From a virus (lineage: Duplodnaviria; Heunggongvirae; Uroviricota; Caudoviricetes), in IMG/VR virus record IMGVR_UViG_3300042922_001018: DNA of 64,000 nt; one strand, given 5' to 3'. Below are positions 36,236-44,037 of the stretch, piece by piece. Both the position numbers and the translations under genes were made by a program. Position 1 is the first letter of the stretch. Each line of letters begins with the position of its first letter. The notes beneath the pieces are model-generated. The model was not told the DNA's origin. It ran no database searches and worked only from the letters and a program-made list of their open reading frames with translations.

Positions 36236-37377
36236 TACTGCACCTCCGCTGCGTCAGCGCCCACCTGTTGCCAGGTGATACCCGCGGGGAGCGTGAAGCC
36301 CGCTGGCTGATTCGCGATGATAGGACGGACGCTCTTGATAGAAGCGGAGTTGTTGACCGTTCCGGCCCAGGAGTAGACCGCGTCCGCTGTAGCGGGCGTA
36401 GACCCACTGAAGAAGTCGCGAGACGGGTCGTAGTCGCCGGGGTACAGGTCGATGGAAGAGATGTCCATGAACCAACCGGGAGTCTTGGAAGACGGCGTGG
36501 TGACGATACGTGCGTCGGAACCGCTCGCGGCATCACGGACGAATGTCGTCCATACCCGGACGGTCGTGCCAGCGGCAAGAGACCATGCCGATGAGTTCGA
36601 TGATGCTACGAGTGTCGAATCCCCGACCGTGCCGGAGAACCCCATCTGAGACATGTTCGTGGCGCCGGAGACTCGCACATCGTAGGCGATGGTGTAGCGC
36701 TCCCCGACAGGAGCCGCGGAGATGAGGGGACCAGTGTTACCCGAGCCGCTGCTCGCGACGGCGGTCCATGTAGCGCGGACTGCCGACCCACTCGGCGCCC
36801 ACGGCGCGGCGACAACCGACCGCTCATAGACGTTCCCAGCGTTACCTGCCCATCCACCGAAGGAGCTGCCGAGCGTAGCGTTCGAGTTCGGGAAAAGGTT
36901 CCGTGTGGCTTCGGCCGGTTCGCCGTACTGCGGATTGGACGAATCTGCTCCCAGCTTGAAGATTGTGCTGGAGGAGGACGAGCGGAGGAACACGTCGCCG
37001 GAGGCGCTCTTCGTCACGGCTGTCCATCCGCTTGGCGAAGTGCGCACCTTTACGTTGTTGCCCGCAGTCGGCGTGAACCCGATGGCCGCGTCAGCAAGCT
37101 CCGTGTTCTGAGTCGCAACATCAGGACCGACCGACAAGTTGCCGTAGCGGTCGTTGGTCGCGAGGAACGCGGCCTGGGCGGTAGCGATGCGGTCGAGGTC
37201 GCCCTTGGCGTTCAGGTCATTCGCGTTCGCGATGAAACCGGAGATAGCGAAGGAACCGCCAACGAGCAAGATGAGGGTAATCGCGATACCCGCGATGATG
37301 AGGATGGGGTCGGTGGCACCGCGCTCCTCGCGCAGGCGTGTGATTTCGGCCTTACGAGCCTTCAGTCGTTCAAGCAT
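36235..37377 (-). CDS. TadE/pseudopilin-like signal-anchor protein, cassette 2 of 4 (380 aa)
   Basis: SD GGAGG 7 nt upstream; TAATG overlap with the upstream gene; C-terminus LPAGITWQQVGADAAEVQ. Confidence 0.65.
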   Translation of the reverse strand: MLERLKARKAEITRLREERGATDPILIIAGIAITLILLVGGSFAISGFIANANDLNAKGDLDRIATAQAAFLATNDRYGNLSVGPDVATQNTELADAAIGFTPTAGNNVKVRTSPSGWTAVTKSASGDVFLRSSSSSTIFKLGADSSNPQYGEPAEATRNLFPNSNATLGSSFGGWAGNAGNVYERSVVAAPWAPSGSAVRATWTAVASSGSGNTGPLISAAPVGERYTIAYDVRVSGATNMSQMGFSGTVGDSTLVASSNSSAWSLAAGTTVRVWTTFVRDAASGSDARIVTTPSSKTPGWFMDISSIDLYPGDYDPSRDFFSGSTPATADAVYSWAGTVNNSASIKSVRPIIANQPAGFTLPAGITWQQVGADAAEVQ

Positions 37378-38543
37378 TACTGTACCTCCGCGGCATCAGT
37401 TCCTACCTGCTCCCAGGAGATGCCAGAAGGAAGCGAGACACCAGTCGGCATGTTCGCGATGATGGGACGGATGCTCTTGATGGAAGCCGAGCTGTTCGCG
37501 GGGCCAGCCCAGCCATAGTCGGTGCTGACCGTGTCGGCAGAAGCGCCGCTGAAGAAAGTACGTCCCGCCTGGTAGTCGCCCGCGTAAAGGTCGAAGTCAG
37601 AAGACTCGATGGACTGTCCCGAGATGACTCCGGTCAGGCCGCTGTGGAGGCGCATCGAGCTGACGGCAAGCGCAGCAGGAGTCCCGGTGGCCGTGAAGGT
37701 GACGTAGACCACGGTAGGCGTGTTCGCGGGGACAGCGCGGCTTCCGCTGCGCTCATGCACGGTAACTGTCATGCCCGTACCGGTCTGGTCGATGCTCGGC
37801 TGGTTCAGGTTGAAGGCGCGAGTCGAGAAGACCTTGAAGGCGAGAGTCATCTTCTCACCGAGAACGTAGCTGCCGCCCAGGTACGGCGTGGGTCCACCGA
37901 AGGTCGCGCCCACAGTCGTGTACGTCGCTCGAAGAGCGCGGCCGTTCGTGCTCCATGACACAGCCGGGTTGGACGTGGTGACGGTGGACGCGTTCGCCCA
38001 GTAGTTCATGTCCGTGGAGGTGGCAGCGTCCGGGTTGCGGTACAGGTTCCGGGTGTCTTCCTGAGCTGCACCGTACTGCGGGTTGTCGGCGTCAGTACCG
38101 AGCTGGTGAACCTGGGTGGACTGAGAGGTGCGGAGGAAGATGTCCCCAGAGGCGCTCTTCGTGACAGCCGTCCAGCCGCTCGGCGAGGTGCGGACCTTGA
38201 TGCTGTTGCCTGCGGTCGGCGTGAACCCAATCGCCGACTCTGCCAGCTCGTTCGATGCGCCGGAAACATTCGGACCGATGGCCAGGTTGCCGTACCGGTC
38301 GTTCGCTGCGAGGAACGCAGCCTGCGCCGTGGCGACTCGGTCGAGGTCACCCTTCGCGTTGAGGTTGTTCGCGTTCGCGATGAAGCCGGAGATGGCGAAA
38401 GAACCACCCACGAGCAGGATGAGGGTAATCGCGATACCCGCGATGATGAGGATGGGGTCGGTGGCACCGCGCTCTTCGCGGAGGCGGGTGATTTCCGCCT
38501 TCTTAGCTTTCAGGCGCGCAAGCATGGGGAGAGGCCGTGACAT
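37377..38543 (-). CDS. TadE/pseudopilin-like signal-anchor protein, cassette 1 of 4 (start 38543 or 38525)
   Basis: MSRPLPMLARLKAKKAEITRLREERGATDPILIIAGIAITLILLVGGSFAISGF...; C-terminus LPSGISWEQVGTDAAEVQ. Confidence 0.65.
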   Translation of the reverse strand: MSRPLPMLARLKAKKAEITRLREERGATDPILIIAGIAITLILLVGGSFAISGFIANANNLNAKGDLDRVATAQAAFLAANDRYGNLAIGPNVSGASNELAESAIGFTPTAGNSIKVRTSPSGWTAVTKSASGDIFLRTSQSTQVHQLGTDADNPQYGAAQEDTRNLYRNPDAATSTDMNYWANASTVTTSNPAVSWSTNGRALRATYTTVGATFGGPTPYLGGSYVLGEKMTLAFKVFSTRAFNLNQPSIDQTGTGMTVTVHERSGSRAVPANTPTVVYVTFTATGTPAALAVSSMRLHSGLTGVISGQSIESSDFDLYAGDYQAGRTFFSGASADTVSTDYGWAGPANSSASIKSIRPIIANMPTGVSLPSGISWEQVGTDAAEVQ

Positions 38544-38547
38544 GGTT

Positions 38548-38587
38548 CCAGTGTATCGTGCGATATACGGATGAATGGATACACTGG
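38548..38587. promoter_or_regulatory. 10-bp inverted repeat CCAGTGTATC-N20-GATACACTGG in the divergent intergenic region, with a nested near-palindrome ATCGTGCGAT
   Basis: Lies 5 bp from the start of gene 37377-38543 and ~110 bp upstream of plus-strand gene 38697; candidate operator. Confidence 0.4.
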
Positions 38588-38696
38588 TTAGGAAACGTCC
38601 GCCGAGAGGCTACGAAACTCGCGCGAGTTCCTTTATCGCCCGGCGCTCGTGAACCGGGCGTCCAGCGAAATCTCCCTGCTCGGCTAGACTCGCCTG

Positions 38697-39299
38697 GTGC
38701 CCAATACCGTAACTGCCGATGAGATTCTGAAGGCCATCCGTTTCCGCCACAACAAGGCTGCCATCGTCAGCGAAGTGGTTGTCACCGATGAGTTCGAGAT
38801 GGCGATTGCTCGGCGATACTGGGCGGACCGCCACCCTCGGTACACCGCGCGTGAGCTGGCGCGCTATGCCGAGAAAGGCGAGGTCGTTGCGGACTTCGTC
38901 CCGGAAGGCTGGGTGATGAACGACTCGAAGCTCATCCGGCGTATCGACGGACTGATGCTGGAAGGCGGCAAGTACACGGCCATCGAAATCAAGGTGAGCC
39001 GCGCCGACTTCAAGCGGGACACGGAAGAGAAGCGCCGGATGTGGCGTAGCATTACGCATCGCTTCGTCTACGCTGTGCCGAAAGGTCTCGTGGACCCGAG
39101 TGAACTCCCGCCGTACGCGGGTCTGTGGGAGTATGACCCGACGGCGCACTACAGCTCGCAGATTGCCAGTGCGAAACGTGCAGCGACGAACAAGCAGTGT
39201 GAGCCGATGCCGCAGCAAGTCGTCACCGCGATGTTCTACCGGAGCGCCCGCGCTGAACAGGCCAAGGTCGGCCGCGCGCGTCGTACTCGCACTCGTTAA
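38697..39299 (+). CDS. PD-(D/E)xK family nuclease (200 aa)
   Basis: RIDGLMLEG...TAIEIKVSRADFKRD matches the D...E.K catalytic signature of the restriction-endonuclease-like fold; basic C-terminal tail. Confidence 0.5.
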   Translation: MPNTVTADEILKAIRFRHNKAAIVSEVVVTDEFEMAIARRYWADRHPRYTARELARYAEKGEVVADFVPEGWVMNDSKLIRRIDGLMLEGGKYTAIEIKVSRADFKRDTEEKRRMWRSITHRFVYAVPKGLVDPSELPPYAGLWEYDPTAHYSSQIASAKRAATNKQCEPMPQQVVTAMFYRSARAEQAKVGRARRTRTR

Positions 39300-39571
39300 T
39301 CGGCGCTCCAGCTCGGCGCGACTACCGTGATGCCGTCGTCTTCTCGAACGTCTAAGGTCAACGTCTCGGGGTAATCTTCGCGTCCACCGTCCAACATCAC
39401 GGTGAACTGTAGCTCTTCACCGGGGTTCGCAGAAAGCTTGTCGTAGAACAGGGTGAAATCGCCGAGGGGAACGTCGAGGGTCAGCGGGACGTAGTCAGCA
39501 TTCGTCGCGGTGAACTCGAACACACCATCCGCCGACCAGGCTGGCGCCGAGAACAACCAGCCGTGTGTCAT
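39296..39571 (-). CDS. hypothetical protein (91 aa)
   Basis: ORF convergent with the nuclease gene; acidic. Confidence 0.4.
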   Translation of the reverse strand: MTHGWLFSAPAWSADGVFEFTATNADYVPLTLDVPLGDFTLFYDKLSANPGEELQFTVMLDGGREDYPETLTLDVREDDGITVVAPSWSAD

Positions 39572-39680
39572 ACGCTGAGTCTATCAGCGTGGTTGCATCG
39601 AACCCGGCGTCCATGTACACTGGAGATGTCAGCAAGGCACGCGACTCGCTCCGGCTGAGTCCTTCGAAAGGTTTCCCATC

Positions 39681-39845
39681 ATGTTCAGCACTGCTACCAA
39701 GTTCCGGCCCACGGCCAACCCGGCGTGGAGCCACGCCATGCACGAAAAGGGCCGGTCCAACTGCACGCAGCCTCACGACACGCGTCCGGGCCGTCAGCGT
39801 TCGCGTCAGGATGCGAAGCGAGCCGCCATCCGCGGCGGCTGGTGA
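39681..39845 (+). CDS. possible small basic protein (54 aa)
   Basis: MFSTATKFRPTANPAWSHAMHEKGRSNCTQPHDTRPGRQRSRQDAKRAAIRGGW; SD GAAAGG ~10 nt upstream; high GC3; not in the track (<60 aa). Confidence 0.3.
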   Translation: MFSTATKFRPTANPAWSHAMHEKGRSNCTQPHDTRPGRQRSRQDAKRAAIRGGW

Positions 39846-39848
39846 CAC

Positions 39849-40172
39849 TCAACCCTGGATGTGGACGACGATGTCCGCTTTGAATCCGGCGCCGTCCAAG
39901 ACGGTGAGCCGGATACGTGAAGTCTTCCGGTAGCGCTCCGGCTCGCGGCCGAGAGTGAACTCGATGATGACGGACTCTCCAGGGTTCGTCTGGAGAGGAG
40001 TGAGAGCACTCGCCGTCACGCCGTACCGTTCCTGATACGGAACGTGGTAAAGACTCGGCGGGTTCATGAGGAACACTGCCGGGCCACGACTGATGTTCTT
40101 GACCGTGAGCCGTACCGCTCGTCCTTCGCGCTCAACAGCGGCAACTTCCCACAACTTCGTCATGCTCTGCAT
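39849..40172 (-). CDS. hypothetical protein (start trimmed to MQSMTKLWEV)
   Basis: Track N-terminus is Ala/Ser-rich; internal ATG at 40172 or 40163. Confidence 0.4.
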   Translation of the reverse strand: MQSMTKLWEVAAVEREGRAVRLTVKNISRGPAVFLMNPPSLYHVPYQERYGVTASALTPLQTNPGESVIIEFTLGREPERYRKTSRIRLTVLDGAGFKADIVVHIQG

Positions 40173-40247
40173 CCTATCACGGGTGTCCAGGCCAGTAGGG
40201 TGTGACACGCCGCCGTACAAGGTGCACGGTGCTGGTAAGCTCAGAGC

Positions 40248-41064
40248 CATGAAGAAGACCCTTCGAATCTGCGCTACCTCTGTCGTCGCGGCGGCGCTCA
40301 TGCTCACGGCATCGGGCTGTTCTGTGGACGGCGCCAGCGCCAAGTACGAAGCCGCCCTCGAAGAGAACACGGTAGATTACAACAGCGTATCCAGCGGCGA
40401 GTTGAACGTCGGAGGCGAGACGCTCACCGTGGACATCTCCGAGCTGACCAAGAGCAACATCGAGGGCACTCTGGATGCAACCGCAGACAGCGAAGGGCTG
40501 ACGGTCTACGTCACGTACGAGCCGTCCCCGGACACGATGCTGACCTACCTCACGCCGCTGGCGCCGGATGACCGTGAGGCCATCATCCATTCAGTCGAAC
40601 GGTTCAGTGCGTATGAGGGCAGTATCGAGTCGTTCACGGCTATCTTCGCGCCGACGGCCGTCAGTGACGACGAGGACGCGGTTGCCGGTGAGTTCGACTC
40701 GGCATCGCTCCGTTACGTCCTGGCGAACACGACGCCAGCTTCCGAAGCGGAGATGTTCGTTCACGGTTCTGTCAAGCAGGCGGTTTCATACGATGTGACG
40801 ACTGAGTGGAAGAACACGAGCTATGTCGCGAACGGCGCTGACCTGAAGGTGCCGGTTACGGAGCAGGAGGTCGCCTGCAACGTCGTCGCGGGTCTCGCGC
40901 TCCAGGAGAAGTACGGTGCTCAGTACACTCGCGGCACCGTCCTCGCCTTCGGGCCGGAGAATATGCTGGACTCGGGTTACGACACCGCGTTGAACGTGGA
41001 GTCGGACAGCCCGAAGCCGGAGTCGCTTGACCTTCCCTGCGACCTCGACGTGACCTGGGGCTAG
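40248..41064 (+). CDS. lipoprotein (271 aa)
   Basis: MKKTLRICATSVVAAALMLTASGC, signal peptide plus lipobox; ATG 40248 inside track ORF 40066-41064. Confidence 0.6.
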
Positions 41065-42461
41065 TCCCCGACGACCGTCTCCAGCACATCGGCGATGTAC
41101 GCGTCTGAGTCCATCGCGTAGCTGACGTTACGGACCATCAGATTGTCGATGAAGAACACGCTCGTCCGGAACTCGACAGTAGCCTCGGCATCCACGAACG
41201 AGTCCACACCGTTGCCGCTATAGACATCGACCTTCTCACAGAGGACACCATCATCCTGCGCGACGCAAGGAACGCCTGAAGCGTCCAGTTCTGCGACCGC
41301 TTCGCGAACCGCGTCGGGGCTGAGAGATGCAACGTTGGTGAAAACGTGCCCGGTGTCACTGCCGCCGCCCGCATCTGTCCAGACGCATGACACCCACTCA
41401 CGGCTACCGTACGGCTCGGGGAAGAAACTCTCGGGCGAGAAGACCCAATTCTCCGCGTTGTCGCCGCGAATGGCCGGGTCGGCGCTGCTTGCCTCCGTCA
41501 GGTAGTTCGCCAGCTCCCCACGGTAGCTGCCCTCCGTCAACTCGCCGCACGTCATCGGAACGTCTCGCTTCTGGCCGAAGGTGAGCCGCGGCGGGGCTTC
41601 CCAGGTCGCCATCCATTCCGCTAGCTCCTCGCGGCCCGTCTCGGCATCCGAGAAGTACGAGTTGTGCGGGCCACCGTTGAACGCGATGCCAGGCAGCCAC
41701 GCGGGGCCGGGTGCGCAGAAGTTGTCTCCGTCGATGCAGTAAGCGAAAGTGTCCGCCTCGGCGTACACGGCCTCAGTGGGAAGCGTTCGGTCGTCCTGTG
41801 TGAAAGAGGTCATCCCAGCCCAGTAGTTGAAGATGCCGTTGTGGTCTGCGCCAGACCCACGGACAACGTCATGCTGAGTCTGCGTCAGGTCGCCGATGAC
41901 CATGACCTTCCCGAAGAAATCAGGAATCAGGTCGTACGCGATACGCGATGCTACCGCGCCCTGACTGAACCCGAAGATACCGTACTCGGCGGATGCGCAC
42001 CCCGACTGGGCTTCCGCACCGCGGTCAGTTGCCAGCTTACGCGCAGTAGCCGCGGCACCTCGCGCACCCGAGTCGTAGATGTGCCAGAGCGCTCGCGAGA
42101 CGTGCCCACCTTTCACCATGCCATCGAGATAGCCGCCCGCAACGCCCTCTAGGGGACTGATTGCTTCGTAACCCAGGTCGGGACTCATCGCCGTGACCTT
42201 CGTTCGGGTCACGAGCGCTTCGTCTTCCTCAATGACCTCCGTAGCGCGGGCGAGAATCTCGCCTTCCCACCCATCGGAAAGCTCGGATTTCTCTACCTGT
42301 GCTTCCCCGCTCCCCCGGAGGAAGTAGAGGCTGTACGCCGCGCAGTCGCCTACGAGAACTTCAGGTACTTCGGGAGCTGTGCTCGCCGTAGCAGGCGACG
42401 CCGCGACAACCGAGACGGCCAGCGAGACGGCCGCAACCGCTGCCAGAGTAAACCGCTTCAT
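41061..42461 (-). CDS. secreted serine esterase, cutinase/alpha-beta-hydrolase-like (466 aa)
   Basis: Signal peptide MKRFTLAAVAAVSLAVSVVAASPATA; nucleophile-elbow GFSQGA (G-x-S-x-G, cutinase/PE-PPE-like). Confidence 0.55.
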   Translation of the reverse strand: MKRFTLAAVAAVSLAVSVVAASPATASTAPEVPEVLVGDCAAYSLYFLRGSGEAQVEKSELSDGWEGEILARATEVIEEDEALVTRTKVTAMSPDLGYEAISPLEGVAGGYLDGMVKGGHVSRALWHIYDSGARGAAATARKLATDRGAEAQSGCASAEYGIFGFSQGAVASRIAYDLIPDFFGKVMVIGDLTQTQHDVVRGSGADHNGIFNYWAGMTSFTQDDRTLPTEAVYAEADTFAYCIDGDNFCAPGPAWLPGIAFNGGPHNSYFSDAETGREELAEWMATWEAPPRLTFGQKRDVPMTCGELTEGSYRGELANYLTEASSADPAIRGDNAENWVFSPESFFPEPYGSREWVSCVWTDAGGGSDTGHVFTNVASLSPDAVREAVAELDASGVPCVAQDDGVLCEKVDVYSGNGVDSFVDAEATVEFRTSVFFIDNLMVRNVSYAMDSDAYIADVLETVVGD

Positions 42462-43270
42462 TTCTTGTCCCGCTTCCGACGAATGAGTACGGCTGCCGTG
42501 ATGATGCCGCCCACGACCAGGAGCGAGCCGACTGCGGCGAAGATGATGACTAAGCCGTCGGGCGGCGCCGTCACGGTCAAGGGCAGCTCCGTTGCGGAGC
42601 CATCAGTTGCGACCAGCAGGACGGCGTAGTCACCGGACTCGATGTCCGCGGGCAAGGATAGCGACCATGTACCGTCTCCCGTGAATGGACCGAACTCGCC
42701 CATGCTCTCAGCCGACGACCATGGGTCGGCGCTTGCGGGGACAATCATGACCAGCAGGCTAGCGTCTACGGCCAGAGGCCCAGAGACTGTTACCTCTTCC
42801 CCTGGCGATGCGGACTCCGGGGCCAGCGAGTACCCCTCGGCGATACGCGCGCCGTCCTCAGGCGAGGAAGGCGGTCCGAGAACTTCAACCCCAGGGATGA
42901 CGGTCTCGGCTGTCGTCTCAGCGATGCGGCCGAACCCGTCTTCTACCTGGAGGCGGACGGGGTACGTACCTGCTTCCTCGAAGCGATGCTCACCGATACC
43001 GGTGTCGTTCTCTTCGTCCCACACGCCGTCCGCGTCGTAGTCGAAACGGTAGGTCATGTCCACCGGGTAGCCGTGGTTACTGCACATCCCGCTGAACAGT
43101 GTGGGCAATGAGGCCGGGGCTTCAACGACATCGAGCACGGCGTTCATCGTCTCGGACTTGTACGCAGCCGGGTCGATACAGGACTCGTCCTCCGCCGCGG
43201 CGTTAGCAGCAGACGGGAACAGGAGAGAGCCGATGAGCGCGAGCGCGGCGACAGCAGGGAGAGCCTTCAC
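42458..43270 (-). CDS. surface protein with PKD-like domain and C-terminal TM anchor (270 aa)
   Basis: Signal peptide ...PSAANAA; YDADGVWDEENDTGIGEHRFEEAGTYPVRLQVEDGFG (PKD-like); C-terminal LVIIFAAVGSLLVVGGIITAAVLIRRKRDKK. Confidence 0.55.
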   Translation of the reverse strand: MKALPAVAALALIGSLLFPSAANAAAEDESCIDPAAYKSETMNAVLDVVEAPASLPTLFSGMCSNHGYPVDMTYRFDYDADGVWDEENDTGIGEHRFEEAGTYPVRLQVEDGFGRIAETTAETVIPGVEVLGPPSSPEDGARIAEGYSLAPESASPGEEVTVSGPLAVDASLLVMIVPASADPWSSAESMGEFGPFTGDGTWSLSLPADIESGDYAVLLVATDGSATELPLTVTAPPDGLVIIFAAVGSLLVVGGIITAAVLIRRKRDKK

Positions 43271-43282
43271 GTGTCCAGCGTA

Positions 43283-43996
43283 TCAGGTACACACAGGTCG
43301 CGCAAGGGCAGCGGTCCACCGTCTGTGCTTCAACCGGAACATAGGTTCGTACCGTTCATCCTCCAGCGGCGACGCGAACTCGCCGATACTGCGGGGTAGA
43401 CAATCGTAACGCCCGAGCGGGTTCCCATCGTCCGGTAGCTTGTCGCGGTATCCGGCCTTCGTGATGAGGTCGTCTTCCTCTTTCGTGATGACCGCGAATC
43501 GTGGACCGGTGTGAGCATCGCGAAGGTGATGGAGCATGGCTGCACCATCCGGTATCTCCCCGTCCCGGTAGGCGGTGAAGAGCCGGTCTACGATGAGCCT
43601 CTGCGGCATGACGTGTTCGAGGCGGAGCCGGTGGCTGATGTTCTCCCCCGTGAGCAACAACTCGCGCGCATCCGGCGACCAGGGCAAGCCCGCTGCGAAC
43701 TGACCGGAGCCACCATGCTTCGGGCCTGGTAGCCGGGGATGCTGCCAGTCCTCAGCAATCTGATGACGGGCTGTCTTCTTCAGAACACCACGCGCAGCCC
43801 GGCGTTCCCAGACTACGAGGTACTCGAACAAGTCCTCTGCGTCCTGGCCATCGACCGGAAGTTCGATGAGCTGCTGTGCCTGAGGGTCCGTCCAATGAGC
43901 AGGCGCTTCCACGAGCGACAGCTCCGGCGCGGACCCCACCTTCTCTGCGAAGCGCCCCTCCGTATCACGGCGGACATCGGTCTCGGAAAAGGTCAT
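43283..43996 (-). CDS. N-terminal-leader family protein (237 aa)
   Basis: MTFSETDVRRDTEGRFAEKVGSAPELSLVE; internal echo of the leader HPRLPGPKHGGSGQFAAG. Confidence 0.6.
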   Translation of the reverse strand: MTFSETDVRRDTEGRFAEKVGSAPELSLVEAPAHWTDPQAQQLIELPVDGQDAEDLFEYLVVWERRAARGVLKKTARHQIAEDWQHPRLPGPKHGGSGQFAAGLPWSPDARELLLTGENISHRLRLEHVMPQRLIVDRLFTAYRDGEIPDGAAMLHHLRDAHTGPRFAVITKEEDDLITKAGYRDKLPDDGNPLGRYDCLPRSIGEFASPLEDERYEPMFRLKHRRWTAALARPVCT

Positions 43997-44031
43997 GGCC
44001 CCTGGTAGGCGGTCTACCAGGGGCCATGACC
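43991..44031 (-). terminator. 18-bp perfect hairpin (5-nt loop) plus T-tract immediately after res; the stem includes the CCGCCTACC element and start codon of gene 43283-43996
   Basis: GGTCATGGCCCCTGGTAG-gcggt-CTACCAGGGGCCATGACC; on the minus strand followed by TTTTCC, which encodes codons 3-4 (F-S) of the leader. Confidence 0.5.
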
Positions 44032-44037
44032 TATGAA

